A stretch of 60,042 bases of DNA from Escherichia phage Greed, in sequence record KX534337, one strand, 5' to 3'. Shown in pieces: positions 1 to 8,989 of the stretch. The position numbers were made by a program, and so were the translations under genes. How positions within the stretch are numbered: the first letter of the stretch is position 1; every line of letters starts with the position of its first letter. The notes under the pieces were generated by a model that worked only from the letters and a program-made list of their open reading frames with translations, was not told where the DNA came from and made no database searches.

Positions 1-137
1 AACAGCTTTAAGCTTCGCCCTACTATCTGCCCGTCCGGATTTAAACCGCGTACACCGTCGATTTTAGGCAGTATACAGCACGGAAACTTAATCTTTTCTT
101 CAACCGCGTCAGTCGCTAAATGTGGTTTAAATGCCAT
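1..137 (-). CDS. ATP-dependent DNA ligase, N-terminal segment (gene continues at 59138..60042 across the junction)
   Basis: Minus-strand ATG at 137..135 preceded by GAGG; translation MAFKPHLATDAVEEKIKFPCCILPKIDGVRG carries ligase motif I KxDGxR; frame is continuous with the ORF at the window end because 1..127 repeats 59916..60042. Confidence 0.6.
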   Translation of the reverse strand, partial: MAFKPHLATDAVEEKIKFPCCILPKIDGVRGLNPDGQIVGRSLKL

Positions 138-145
138 TGTTAACC

Positions 146-769
146 TCATTCATAATAATCATGTTGATGAGAACTGCCACGTATACCGCAACGTTCTAAA
201 AGTATTGCAGCTTTTTGAGCTTTCTCTTTCATACGGGTATTACGGCGTAAATGTCCGCTACCCTTTTTAGGTCTATTTTCCTTTTTCTTTGCTTCGGAAA
301 TAAGCTCTTTGCATTCCTGCAAACGGATCTTGCTTCTTTCCAATCGCATAGCAGAACGCGCACGTTCATCGCAAAATCTTTGGGCTTTACTACGCTGGTC
401 CTGATTAGCTGTATGACCTTTAACGTGGCGAAACTCAATAGTAAGATTATATTTACGAAGTTGATCGTTCAACCATTTGAAAGCTACACCTTCCTGTTCA
501 CTTTTCCAGCTTGCCTCTTTATACACTTTAATAGCGGTTGAACAATCTGTTTGCACAATTAAATGATCACCTGGATGGATTAATTTAGCCTTCATTCCCT
601 CCCAAATAACATTACAGATTGCCATTGTTTCAGCTGCATTATTATCAGGAGCTCCACGTAACGGTCCACCGTTAGCGTTATTTCCACGGTTGCACACTAC
701 CCAGCCCCCATATCCCGCGGCTTTTGTATTTGGACAAAAACTTGCATCAGATATAATTGTTACTCTCAT
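146..769 (-). CDS. rnhA: Ribonuclease H (RNase HI-like)
   Basis: 207 aa; RNase H catalytic pattern DASF...ETMAI...QTDC...KGH...CDERAR closely parallels E. coli RNase HI (TDGS, ELMA, STDS, KGH, CDELAR); basic C-terminal tail. Confidence 0.7.
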   Translation of the reverse strand: MRVTIISDASFCPNTKAAGYGGWVVCNRGNNANGGPLRGAPDNNAAETMAICNVIWEGMKAKLIHPGDHLIVQTDCSTAIKVYKEASWKSEQEGVAFKWLNDQLRKYNLTIEFRHVKGHTANQDQRSKAQRFCDERARSAMRLERSKIRLQECKELISEAKKKENRPKKGSGHLRRNTRMKEKAQKAAILLERCGIRGSSHQHDYYE

Positions 770-780
770 TGTTTATCCTT

Positions 781-806
781 AATAAAAAGGGGTCTGTTGA
801 CCCCTT
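781..806 (-). terminator. Putative rho-independent terminator (minus strand)
   Basis: 8-bp GC-rich stem AAGGGGTC/GACCCCTT with 4-nt loop, followed on the minus strand by TTTATT, directly after the stop of the 811..1041 gene. Confidence 0.4.
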
Positions 807-810
807 ATAG

Positions 811-1041
811 TTATGCAGGAATGGATTCTTCCGGTGCTTCCGGAATAACAATCTCGATTTCTTCCTCATTCTGGAAGGTTAGTCGAAACCCGTCTCCTGG
901 ACGCCCGAAAGCAAAGGTAAGGGCTATCGTATTATCCTGCTCGTAATGACAGATACTTTCTACTTTCATTTCGTTACCGTAAAAGTCACGGTAAATCATT
1001 CCAGGTAGCGCATCGGTCGCTTTGATCTTTCTTACAGCCAT
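811..1041 (-). CDS. Hypothetical protein (76 aa)
   Basis: ORF in the minus-strand gene array, compact spacing to neighbours; no recognisable motif. Confidence 0.4.
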   Translation of the reverse strand: MAVRKIKATDALPGMIYRDFYGNEMKVESICHYEQDNTIALTFAFGRPGDGFRLTFQNEEEIEIVIPEAPEESIPA

Positions 1042-1052
1042 TATTCCCCCGT

Positions 1053-1844
1053 TTACAGTTTGTCTTTGAACTCTTCGATATATTGCTCGATCGGATACTG
1101 CTTACGCTTGAAACGATCAAACAAGATTTTAGCAGATTCTACGTCTTCGTCGCTCTCTTTACTTGCGCCCGGTGCCATAAAATCACGCCATGTAAAACCG
1201 TTCAGATTATGCATCTTAGCGATGTGCTTGTTGTAACGGCTTTCCCAGTCCACACGCGGACCTTCCATCTTGCGTAAACCGCGCCCAAGCACCTGTACAT
1301 ACAAATCTTTCTGACGTTGTACAGCTTCACCATTATAAGGTCCGGTTTTAAACTCAACAACACTACCGTTAAGATCTGCACCATCCGCAAAGTTGTGTAG
1401 CATAGTTTCAATAACGTCATTCAATGTTGGAACCGTCACTTTGCCCTGGGCAATGCCTGCCAAATAACCGACGTTTTCTTCACCGTACAACTCGATCAGT
1501 TCTTTCTTGGTTGCTTCTGCTTCTTTGTTTGCGGACAAAGCCAACATCTGTTGTTCGAACATGTGTTCCTGTTCCAGGAAGTGAGCATAGCGCTCTTCGT
1601 CTACTTTGCACACAATCCATTTATATTCAACATCCTTGCTGAAGTCCGGATACTGATCTACTTCTACTACTTCCGTAGTAAAGAACTTGCCGTTATATTG
1701 AATAACAACTGTATCGCCCGGCTGCAATTCGTCACTTTCCAGAGCACGGTAGGTATAAAGACGACCACCCGCTTCAAACTTAACTTTGACAGTTACAACG
1801 CCTTTTAACAGAGCATGATAAGCTTTCTGAAATTCTTTACGCAT
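1053..1844 (-). CDS. Hypothetical protein (263 aa)
   Basis: Long ORF, GAGGA-type RBS upstream of ATG at 1844; no recognisable motif. Confidence 0.5.
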   Translation of the reverse strand: MRKEFQKAYHALLKGVVTVKVKFEAGGRLYTYRALESDELQPGDTVVIQYNGKFFTTEVVEVDQYPDFSKDVEYKWIVCKVDEERYAHFLEQEHMFEQQMLALSANKEAEATKKELIELYGEENVGYLAGIAQGKVTVPTLNDVIETMLHNFADGADLNGSVVEFKTGPYNGEAVQRQKDLYVQVLGRGLRKMEGPRVDWESRYNKHIAKMHNLNGFTWRDFMAPGASKESDEDVESAKILFDRFKRKQYPIEQYIEEFKDKL

Positions 1845-1885
1845 TTTAGTTTCCTCTTGGGCGGATTGACCGCCCGTTAATGTGG

Positions 1886-2296
1886 TTAGGCTTTATTCGG
1901 CACAATTTCCAGAGACGCGGAACCAACTTTCGATTCAACGCACTGGTTAAAGACTGCGGCTTGCTCCGCTGTAAGTTTACGCCAAGCCGCAACTTTCAAC
2001 ACAGGTTTATTTTCCACAAGCTGATCAACGTTAACACCAACTTTAATCAGATCGCCCAGGATTCCGTTAAGGCTTGGAAGATCAATCTTGCGATCAATCT
2101 TGTGTGTCATTTTCATAACCCCGCCAGTAATTTCAACTTTATTAGTCCCTTCTGATGGAGCAGGGAAATAGGACTTAATAATCTTTTCGCGTAGTGCTCG
2201 CTCGCGAGCTTGAAGCTTTTGTAATTCTGCTTTGGTTTTATACCACTCAATGACATCTGCTTCGGTTGCTTGTACTGCTTTATCTGCGTCGAACAT
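1886..2296 (-). CDS. Hypothetical protein (136 aa; track ORF extends to 2356)
   Basis: Internal ATG at 2296..2294 (MFDADKAV...) has a GAGGA RBS; the upstream extension has none. Confidence 0.45.
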   Translation of the reverse strand: MFDADKAVQATEADVIEWYKTKAELQKLQARERALREKIIKSYFPAPSEGTNKVEITGGVMKMTHKIDRKIDLPSLNGILGDLIKVGVNVDQLVENKPVLKVAAWRKLTAEQAAVFNQCVESKVGSASLEIVPNKA

Positions 2297-2328
2297 TTTT
2301 CTATCCTCTGTTGTGTTTCGATGTATGT

Positions 2329-2356
2329 ATAATAGCACATCCATGTGACAGGGCAA
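2329..2356 (-). promoter_or_regulatory. Putative sigma70-like promoter (minus strand)
   Basis: Minus-strand TTGCCC, 16-bp spacer, TATTAT located about 35 nt upstream of the 2296 start. Confidence 0.3.
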
Positions 2357-2537
2357 GACTCAATCTGTATCAATTAATCTTTTTAAACGGATTAGTAATC
2401 TAGCAACCTTCCTCCATTCAGCATCCTCCATTAATGGTGAAGGCTTATACGCTTCAGGTATCGGACAAGGTATATATGGCTCCATGTCAGATATTACTTG
2501 CTTTGATAACTTTTTCTTCCGTTTACCCATAAATGGC

Positions 2538-3125
2538 CTATTTCAAATAGCGGGAAGTCATAATTGGATGCAAAGACACTTCTTCCTCAGATGTAACCAC
2601 ATTTGCAGACGATCCAGTGGACCCGAAGCCGTTAGCACCGCGCTCAGTGGTCTTAAGCTCGTCCACTTCTACCAGTTGCACGCTGGGCAGCTTAATAAGC
2701 ATAGCTTGCGCAATGCGATCACCATGATTGACAGTAAAACTACCATCGTTATCAATAGTGATCTTAACCTTAAGTTCCCCAGTGTAGTCGCTATCAATGA
2801 CGCCCACGCAGTTTGCCAGACGCACGTTGTTTTTGAATCCGTGTCCGCTACGGGAATACACCATAAGCGCGTGACCTTCAGGAATATCAAACGCCAATCC
2901 TGTGTGGAATATGTGCTCGTAAGAGAAAATAATTTGCTCACATCCATCTTCACTCTTAAGATCCGCGTGCAGGTCAAAGCAAGCTGCCCCCGCACTGGCA
3001 AACGATGGAAGAATTGCGCTGTCTGTTAAGCGTTTCACCCCGAGAAGAGTTGGCGCAAAGGATGCAGCAGTTACGCTAGAATTAGTTATAGAAATAGTGT
3101 GCATATTATTTAATACGTCCGTCAT
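2538..3125 (-). CDS. dut: dUTP diphosphatase (trimeric dUTPase)
   Basis: All five dUTPase motifs present: AGAACFDL, YSRSGHG, GVIDSDYTGE, GDRIAQ, RGANGFGSTG. Confidence 0.85.
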   Translation of the reverse strand: MTDVLNNMHTISITNSSVTAASFAPTLLGVKRLTDSAILPSFASAGAACFDLHADLKSEDGCEQIIFSYEHIFHTGLAFDIPEGHALMVYSRSGHGFKNNVRLANCVGVIDSDYTGELKVKITIDNDGSFTVNHGDRIAQAMLIKLPSVQLVEVDELKTTERGANGFGSTGSSANVVTSEEEVSLHPIMTSRYLK

Positions 3126-3134
3126 AATTTCACC

Positions 3135-3602
3135 TTATTGGATTGAACCGCGATCAATTAACCATTGTTTCGCGTGCGCCTTAAAGATAATGCGGTAGTC
3201 ATCGAGACTAATTTCCGCGCGGATGGAATCTTTAACTTCATACCACTGCCATTCACCATTACTGAAGACAACCGGATTAAGCGGTAGAACGACCTTCCAT
3301 CCTTTACGTTCTATTTTATACATCAGAACTGGATATCTGCCAAGCTCTTTAGCAGATTGGACAGTCTGCTTCCACCATGTGTTTACTTGTGGCGTAGCAT
3401 GGTTTTTTACTTCAACCGCATGGTGGCATGTATTGCTGATATCACAACCACCGACAGCACTTTGATTCTGGTTTCGCTGAGCAATAGGTTTTTCCGGTAA
3501 CTGCATCCCCAGCTCTGCGTAGATTTCGGCATAAATTGCATTAAAGAAATCACATACTTCCCGCTCACCGCGTTGACCTTTAGCGCGAATATTTACTGCC
3601 AT
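3135..3602 (-). CDS. Putative PD-(D/E)xK nuclease (Holliday-junction-resolvase-like)
   Basis: 155 aa; KGQRGEREV...GGCDIS...VEVKN resembles the Hjc/PD-(D/E)xK core; assignment by motif only. Confidence 0.4.
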   Translation of the reverse strand: MAVNIRAKGQRGEREVCDFFNAIYAEIYAELGMQLPEKPIAQRNQNQSAVGGCDISNTCHHAVEVKNHATPQVNTWWKQTVQSAKELGRYPVLMYKIERKGWKVVLPLNPVVFSNGEWQWYEVKDSIRAEISLDDYRIIFKAHAKQWLIDRGSIQ

Positions 3603-3603
3603 T

Positions 3604-3906
3604 TCAAATCTCCTTCAAAGACTCACCAATAATCCGTTTAATTTTACACAGTCTGCGAACTTGAGTAAAGAACGCTCCGTTTTTCCAAGGTACGCCAAAA
3701 TCTCCGGTTGTGATTGGTTGCATAAAACCGGGAAGAACAATGCTAGCGCTGGCTGTAACTCCATCCGGTTTATCGTTAATAGTGATAATATAGTCTTCGT
3801 CCATTTTACTCATGATGCAACCAGACTCGACATCCGTCCCCATATAACGCACTTGCACAGACCATCCTGATTGTGACAGGTGCTGTTTAAACTCTTCATA
3901 TGTCAT
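3604..3906 (-). CDS. Hypothetical protein (100 aa)
   Basis: ORF tightly packed after 3135..3602; no motif recognised. Confidence 0.45.
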   Translation of the reverse strand: MTYEEFKQHLSQSGWSVQVRYMGTDVESGCIMSKMDEDYIITINDKPDGVTASASIVLPGFMQPITTGDFGVPWKNGAFFTQVRRLCKIKRIIGESLKEI

Positions 3907-3976
3907 ATAATCTCCAAAAGTTGAATATAAAACACTTCATAAAGAATTTTATATTGAAGTTCTGTTGATCTCAAGG

Positions 3977-4008
3977 AACAAAAAAGCCCAGGCATAAGGA
4001 TTCCTGGG
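3977..4008 (-). terminator. Rho-independent terminator (minus strand)
   Basis: Stem GCCCAGG/CCTGGGC with AATCCTTATG loop, followed on the minus strand by a T6 run; sits downstream of 4323..4640. Confidence 0.5.
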
Positions 4009-4015
4009 CTCTCTT

Positions 4016-4322
4016 GATTGTCGGATAGCTTACTTTGACTGCCGTCTTCGTCTATCCTGGCCTACTTGTACAGCCTCGCCAAAGGCCGGTGACGGTTTGG
4101 TACATCTGGCGCCGTCGCGTTAAACATCGTTCACATCGTTCAGTAAGTTGCGGGTTTATCCTGTCCGCTCCAGGAAGCCCAGCGAAAGTAGTTGCTGTAA
4201 GGAGGTACAGCTACCGCTTTCAAGGTCTTGAGTTAAGCATCGTTCACTAAGTTAATGTTGTTAAATTGTTAAACCTCGTTAACTGTGGTTATCTTAAAGG
4301 ATGCAGTCTTGAATGGCAAGCT
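4016..4322. promoter_or_regulatory. Non-coding regulatory island with CATCGTTCAC repeats
   Basis: About 300 bp without a credible ORF; CATCGTTCAC at 4126 and 4248, ATCGTTCAG at 4136, CCTCGTTAAC nearby. Confidence 0.35.
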
Positions 4323-4640
4323 TCAATTTTGCGCGGTTCCCTTTGCCGCTTTTGGTGCTAAAGTACCATCATTTAACATCAACTCAAAACCTGTTACTTG
4401 ATCGGTTGGAACAATAGGGTAATTCATAATAGCCATGTGGATACGATGCCCTCCGTCACATTCATCGATGTATTCATTACCCCAATAGTATAAATGCCCA
4501 TCTCTTCGAATATCCATTGGTGTTGGGAAATCTACAAGTATCCTTTTAATTTCTTTCCGTCCTTCTTTATGCAGATTAGTTTCAATACGGATAAGCTCCG
4601 CATAAATTGCTTCACAGATAGTGTTTACAATTCCCATCAT
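4323..4640 (-). CDS. Hypothetical protein (105 aa)
   Basis: ORF with start overlapping the upstream stop (ATGA coupling). Confidence 0.5.
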   Translation of the reverse strand: MMGIVNTICEAIYAELIRIETNLHKEGRKEIKRILVDFPTPMDIRRDGHLYYWGNEYIDECDGGHRIHMAIMNYPIVPTDQVTGFELMLNDGTLAPKAAKGTAQN

Positions 4641-4846
4641 TTACCCCTTAAGTTTTGAATCATTCTATCGCAGGCAGCTTTTACAGAAGAGTTCTGCCAG
4701 TCTTCTTCAATTTGTGAAGGTTCTTCAGGCGAATAAGCAGCACTAATTAAACACTGATTATAACCTTCAATATAAGCCTGTTTTGCGGTATCTACTATTG
4801 CTTGTAAAGCAATATTGAATAATTGTTCAGACATTTTACACCTCAT
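4637..4846 (-). CDS. Hypothetical protein (69 aa)
   Basis: Small ORF translationally coupled to 4323..4640. Confidence 0.45.
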   Translation of the reverse strand: MRCKMSEQLFNIALQAIVDTAKQAYIEGYNQCLISAAYSPEEPSQIEEDWQNSSVKAACDRMIQNLRGK

Positions 4847-5061
4847 AACAGAATTGTATATACATTTTGAAGATACCCGTAACTATATGTCGAGCGAACG
4901 CGCTTTACTTTAACAATACCGCGGCTTTCCAAAATACGGATACGATTACTCACATAACCTTTACTGCGTTTAATCTTTTTAGCCATATCTTTAATACTGT
5001 AACGGTTGGAGCGTAAAAGGTCTAACAAGTAAGGACCATGATAGGAACCAATAAAGACCAT
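4843..5061 (-). CDS. Small DNA-binding protein (winged-helix/HTH-like), 72 aa
   Basis: ATG at 5061..5059 with GAGG RBS; SIKDMAKKIKRSKGYVSNRIRILESRGIV resembles an HTH; the track ORF start at 5235 lacks an RBS. Confidence 0.4.
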   Translation of the reverse strand: MVFIGSYHGPYLLDLLRSNRYSIKDMAKKIKRSKGYVSNRIRILESRGIVKVKRVRSTYSYGYLQNVYTILL

Positions 5062-5069
5062 TTTATACC

Positions 5070-5144
5070 TCACAGAATGTACATAAACCAGAAATAACCA
5101 GCTACAAAAATAGCACCCGCAAATAATTTTAAAAGCTCGAACAT
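5070..5144 (-). CDS. Possible 24-aa hydrophobic micro-protein
   Basis: ATG at 5144..5142 preceded by GGAGGG; encodes MFELLKLFAGAIFVAGYFWFMYIL, a single predicted transmembrane helix; stop lies 6 nt before the next start. Confidence 0.25.
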   Translation of the reverse strand: MFELLKLFAGAIFVAGYFWFMYIL

Positions 5145-5243
5145 TGTTCCCTCCGTTAACTTTATGCTGTAAGTATAGCAGGACTTGAGATGTATGCAAC
5201 AACTTTAGACTTGAAATGCATCTATAAAATAGCACGATTTGCC

Positions 5244-5272
5244 TTTACATCTGATCAGTCTAACTGTACTAT
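5244..5272 (+). promoter_or_regulatory. Putative promoter (TTTACA, 17 bp, TACTAT) with GATC in spacer
   Basis: -35 TTTACA, 17-bp spacer containing GATCAGTCT, -10 TACTAT, about 30 nt upstream of the 5303 start. Confidence 0.35.
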
Positions 5273-5302
5273 TAACTCATAAGCAAAACGGAGGATTACA
5301 AA

Positions 5303-5527
5303 ATGGTCATGCTGAATAAAGTATATAGCACAATGGGCGCGGATTATAAAGTTGTACGTCACCCGCGTACTGGCAAATTTGAAGCATATATCCGTCCAAT
5401 GGGTGAAGGTTGGATGTATTACGGTACTTATGACGACGCTGAGCAAGCTTATGAAGAAGCGGAAAGTGCAGCGGAAGCATCCGAAATTATGGCAAGGTAC
5501 GACGTCGATGATTACTATCTCAACTAA
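5303..5527 (+). CDS. Hypothetical acidic protein (74 aa), lone plus-strand gene in the minus-strand arm
   Basis: GGAGG RBS 8 nt upstream; acidic C-terminal half (14 Asp/Glu); own promoter-like element. Confidence 0.4.
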   Translation: MVMLNKVYSTMGADYKVVRHPRTGKFEAYIRPMGEGWMYYGTYDDAEQAYEEAESAAEASEIMARYDVDDYYLN

Positions 5528-5553
5528 CAATAAAGAGCCTTTCGGCCCTTTAT

Positions 5554-7890
5554 TTATTTGCTTAAGTCTTTGAAAACACTCTCAATTGACTCGTCTATAT
5601 ACCATCCCAACCCCCTGAAATTACGCTTCAATGCATCCTCACGCGTAACCGGAACAAGCGCGCCCATGTCTACAAGTTGTTTGATAGTGAGGTCTGTTGC
5701 CGTACCTGCTCCCATCCTGTGATTCTTGAATGCTGCTAACCCGTAGGTTCTGCGTGTGATAGTTGCCTTCGGAATAATACCGTCAACTCGCAGCTCCTTA
5801 CGGTCACATGCAATTTTACCGCCAAGATAGTCTTTGCAAACCTGACAGATAGCCTTCACACGCGTTTCATCATCACCACCGATAGTACCTTTTTCCCATG
5901 CGTTGATCATAATGTCCTGTCCATGCGTGACAAAATCTACCGCCCATTGCATGTGATTGGGTTGAACGACAGGATTGATCCAGTTTTCCCCCACTGCTAA
6001 CAGGGATGCAAGACGCAGAGCTTTAAGGTGGGCACGGTTCCACGGCTGACGGATAGCTTCGTCTTTAGTTGCGTTAATGTGTTCATCACATAACAAGTTA
6101 AACTCCCGTTCAATCCTTTCCGCTTCAGGGCTTAACTGGACGGTAACGGTCTGGAACTTCGCCATTGTCACTAACGTGTGGTTAACGAGATGGCACACCA
6201 TGTCCTTTAATTGCTGAGGCATTGTGATTTCAGGATTCTCGTTTGCAGGAACTCGATCCCCTTCATATTGCACAATGTGGAAACGGGACAAGAAACCGTC
6301 TTCCATCATTTCACGTGTTAACGCTTCAAAGAATGTGTCCGGTGTTGTTTCGCCCAAAACGCTGAACGCCACCCCTTCCATTGTCTTGGTATTATTAGCC
6401 TTATCAGAATATCCAATACCGCCAACAACATCCATCGCACCAGATTTTTGATACACATCTGTAATAGTTTGCTTCAAGGTGTAGTTCGCAGTGCCTGGCT
6501 GAGCTGTCGCCATACCTTTAATGGTTTTACCAAACTCACCGTTAATATTCACAAACGAAGTATGATCCGCAAAACTTTTACGCAAGGCAGGACCGGAAGC
6601 ATAGTTAGTCATGTCTACAAATTCATGCACTTGCGGTAATTGCTCGCCTACTTGCTTACAGATATAACTGGGCCCAGCGTGAAGCATTTCTTTACCCACA
6701 CCTGATCGGGCAATAAGGACAAAGTAACCGTTCAGCCCTGTGTTGGTGATAGTATTCCACACCTTGCCACATACGCCGGATAAGAATGCTAAAGATGCAG
6801 TGATTGCAATTTCTTTCACCGGACGCTGCGATGCTTTGTAGATATACTTCGCAAGCTCACCAGCAAGTCCCGGCGGCCATTCAATAGCTGTTGCATCAAT
6901 GGACGTGCTTTCTGCAACTACTATTTCACCGGAAGGGCTGACTGTGGTTACAGGCATTTCCGTTACCTGCTGCATTGCACTGTGTGCGGCTTGCATACGG
7001 GCAGCGTAATCCCGCGCCAGCGCCGCTACGTTTTCCTGGGCAATACGCTCACGCTCCATGCGACCGCGACACATACGCAAACAACGGTCAATATGAACAT
7101 TGTTCTTATTAGCCTTTTCACGTTTGCCCAGTGCACTATAACGGAACAGACGACGACATTGCTCATTACTTTCTGTGTAAAATGCATACATGGAAATAAG
7201 GGCAAGGTCTGCTTCAGACTGGGAAGGGAATCCCATTTCAACCCATTCACCATTGAAGAGGCGTGCATACTTATCGCCGTTGTCCGCTTCAAGTGCACGC
7301 TGGTGAATAGTTGCATCGTCTTCTACCGGATCTTTTTCTACCAGTTCGATCTCATATGTCTTGCGCTGAAGATCAATTTCATTCACAAGCATAGTAAGAT
7401 AATGATCACGTTCTGCAACTGGTTTGTTATAGACAGGATTACCCGTGCAGATAATAAAACGCTCCTGACTATAAACCTCGACACCATCACGTCGGCGACC
7501 TTTACCGATGTTCCCTCTTAACCACAGGTGGACGCCCAAGCCTGAGCGACTTACTTCGGTGTAAGTATCGAACGCGGTCATGATCTGTTCAAAGCGGCGC
7601 AACTGTTCCGGCGTCGTGTGCTTCTTGGGATCAGGTTCATTGGTTGCGTTCTTCACATCCAGGTCGATGCAGGTGAACGGGTCTTGCGCAGTAAGCACGA
7701 AGCCAATATAAGGTTTGTTGAAATGAGCGGCGCAACCTTTAGCAGATTCAAACGTCATAAGCATATCCGGATCGGTAACGTCCGCCGCCATCAAACGCCC
7801 GATATCGTTGTCCCATACAAGAGGCTTTTTATCCGCATCGGCGACCGCCCATTGTGGGAAACCTTTAATTTCAGCGGGAAACAGTTCCAT
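5554..7890 (-). CDS. DNA primase-polymerase/helicase (prim-pol N-terminus, D5/P4-like NTPase C-terminus)
   Basis: 778 aa; N-terminal archaeo-eukaryotic-primase-like motif GLGVHLWLRG; central P-loop-like ARSGVGKE; large size and position typical of phage primase-helicases. Confidence 0.65.
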   Translation of the reverse strand: MELFPAEIKGFPQWAVADADKKPLVWDNDIGRLMAADVTDPDMLMTFESAKGCAAHFNKPYIGFVLTAQDPFTCIDLDVKNATNEPDPKKHTTPEQLRRFEQIMTAFDTYTEVSRSGLGVHLWLRGNIGKGRRRDGVEVYSQERFIICTGNPVYNKPVAERDHYLTMLVNEIDLQRKTYEIELVEKDPVEDDATIHQRALEADNGDKYARLFNGEWVEMGFPSQSEADLALISMYAFYTESNEQCRRLFRYSALGKREKANKNNVHIDRCLRMCRGRMERERIAQENVAALARDYAARMQAAHSAMQQVTEMPVTTVSPSGEIVVAESTSIDATAIEWPPGLAGELAKYIYKASQRPVKEIAITASLAFLSGVCGKVWNTITNTGLNGYFVLIARSGVGKEMLHAGPSYICKQVGEQLPQVHEFVDMTNYASGPALRKSFADHTSFVNINGEFGKTIKGMATAQPGTANYTLKQTITDVYQKSGAMDVVGGIGYSDKANNTKTMEGVAFSVLGETTPDTFFEALTREMMEDGFLSRFHIVQYEGDRVPANENPEITMPQQLKDMVCHLVNHTLVTMAKFQTVTVQLSPEAERIEREFNLLCDEHINATKDEAIRQPWNRAHLKALRLASLLAVGENWINPVVQPNHMQWAVDFVTHGQDIMINAWEKGTIGGDDETRVKAICQVCKDYLGGKIACDRKELRVDGIIPKATITRRTYGLAAFKNHRMGAGTATDLTIKQLVDMGALVPVTREDALKRNFRGLGWYIDESIESVFKDLSK

Positions 7891-7896
7891 ATTTAA

Positions 7897-8100
7897 TTAA
7901 GACCTCCGACGCTTATCGCCTTGCATCTTTTCCAGGACGGGTTCTGCTAATGAACGTTTATAGATGTACACGCTACCGATTTTAATAGCGCCGGGAATGC
8001 ATTCGCGCATTCTGGAGAGCTTAAATTTTGAAATACCGAACTGGTTTTCAATTTCGGTAGTTGTTATATAGTTGTGATTAAATTCTTCGACGTGGGTCAT
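7897..8100 (-). CDS. Small HTH DNA-binding protein (AlpA/excisionase-like)
   Basis: 67 aa; ITTTEIENQFGISKFKLSRM resembles a helix-turn-helix; basic C-terminus. Confidence 0.4.
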   Translation of the reverse strand: MTHVEEFNHNYITTTEIENQFGISKFKLSRMRECIPGAIKIGSVYIYKRSLAEPVLEKMQGDKRRRS

Positions 8101-8161
8101 AGCTCCTCCTTTGTCCGCACACTATACACAGATAAGAGGAGCCATTGCAATGCGTTTTGCG

Positions 8162-8908
8162 TTACAGGATATGGGGGCAATAATATTTATCCTTAACAAA
8201 CTGAAAAACTTCTTCAGGTGTGCGGTCATTACGAAGTTCAATCATATGATTGTCCAGCCATGCTAAACTCTCCTCAGCCTTATCTCTATTATTAAAGTGC
8301 AATAGCTTTGAAGGTGTATCGCCAGGAAGGGTAACTTCAATACAAAATGAACCTGTTTCTAAATGCGTTATGTTGCAAGTCGGCCAAACGCCGCGGTTTT
8401 CCCATACAGAAGGCGCATCCTCAAATCTACATGAGCTATACCATTTATTGCGAAGAGATGTGATCTCCTTACTTGTTAACGGGGCGCCCTTAACCCTTTC
8501 ATGCTCCTCCAGCCAGGCTTTAAATTTTGGGTTAGGTTTGCGCCCCGGCTTCCCTCCTTTCGCCTTTGCGCTTTCTTTAAACGCTTGCTCGTATGGGTCT
8601 GATCCCTTGCCCATGTGGTAATTGAATTTGCCCGTATAGCTGCGAAGCTCTTTGGCGTCCAGTTCATGTCCCAGCTTATCGCTCACCCATGCAAGGAAAG
8701 CTTCCCGCTCTGCATCCAGCTTTCCCGCTTTCGGTCTTACAGATTTTTTAACTGGCTGCTCCACATCCTCGTTGAAGTAATCTTCCACCATAGCAAGCGC
8801 CTGTGATTTGGTTGGTGCACCACGCAACCGTGAGCACGCTTGCACAACCCAAGCCGCGAAGCACATATCCTTAACCACAGTCTTTGAGGTAATAATTTCT
8901 TCACTCAT
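8162..8908 (-). CDS. Hypothetical protein (248 aa)
   Basis: Long ORF with no recognised motif. Confidence 0.5.
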   Translation of the reverse strand: MSEEIITSKTVVKDMCFAAWVVQACSRLRGAPTKSQALAMVEDYFNEDVEQPVKKSVRPKAGKLDAEREAFLAWVSDKLGHELDAKELRSYTGKFNYHMGKGSDPYEQAFKESAKAKGGKPGRKPNPKFKAWLEEHERVKGAPLTSKEITSLRNKWYSSCRFEDAPSVWENRGVWPTCNITHLETGSFCIEVTLPGDTPSKLLHFNNRDKAEESLAWLDNHMIELRNDRTPEEVFQFVKDKYYCPHIL

Positions 8909-8989
8909 AATCCACCTATACGCGTAGAAAGAAAGTTAATCATATAACAAAGTTTTTGTAATCGCAAAACCTTCGCAAAACTTTGTCTT

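Noticed and set aside
1858-1874. Hairpin GGGCGG-ATTGA-CCGCCC as a terminator
   Set aside because: No T-tract on either strand and it sits directly against the RBS of the 1053..1844 gene; more likely a local RNA structure or chance palindrome
2484-3029. 181-aa plus-strand ORF
   Set aside because: Lies entirely antisense to the dUTPase gene, whose five catalytic motifs are intact
5255-5530. 91-aa minus-strand ORF antisense to the 5303..5527 gene
   Set aside because: The plus-strand ORF has a GGAGG RBS and a promoter-like element; the minus ORF has neither and a Cys/Phe/Ile-rich composition
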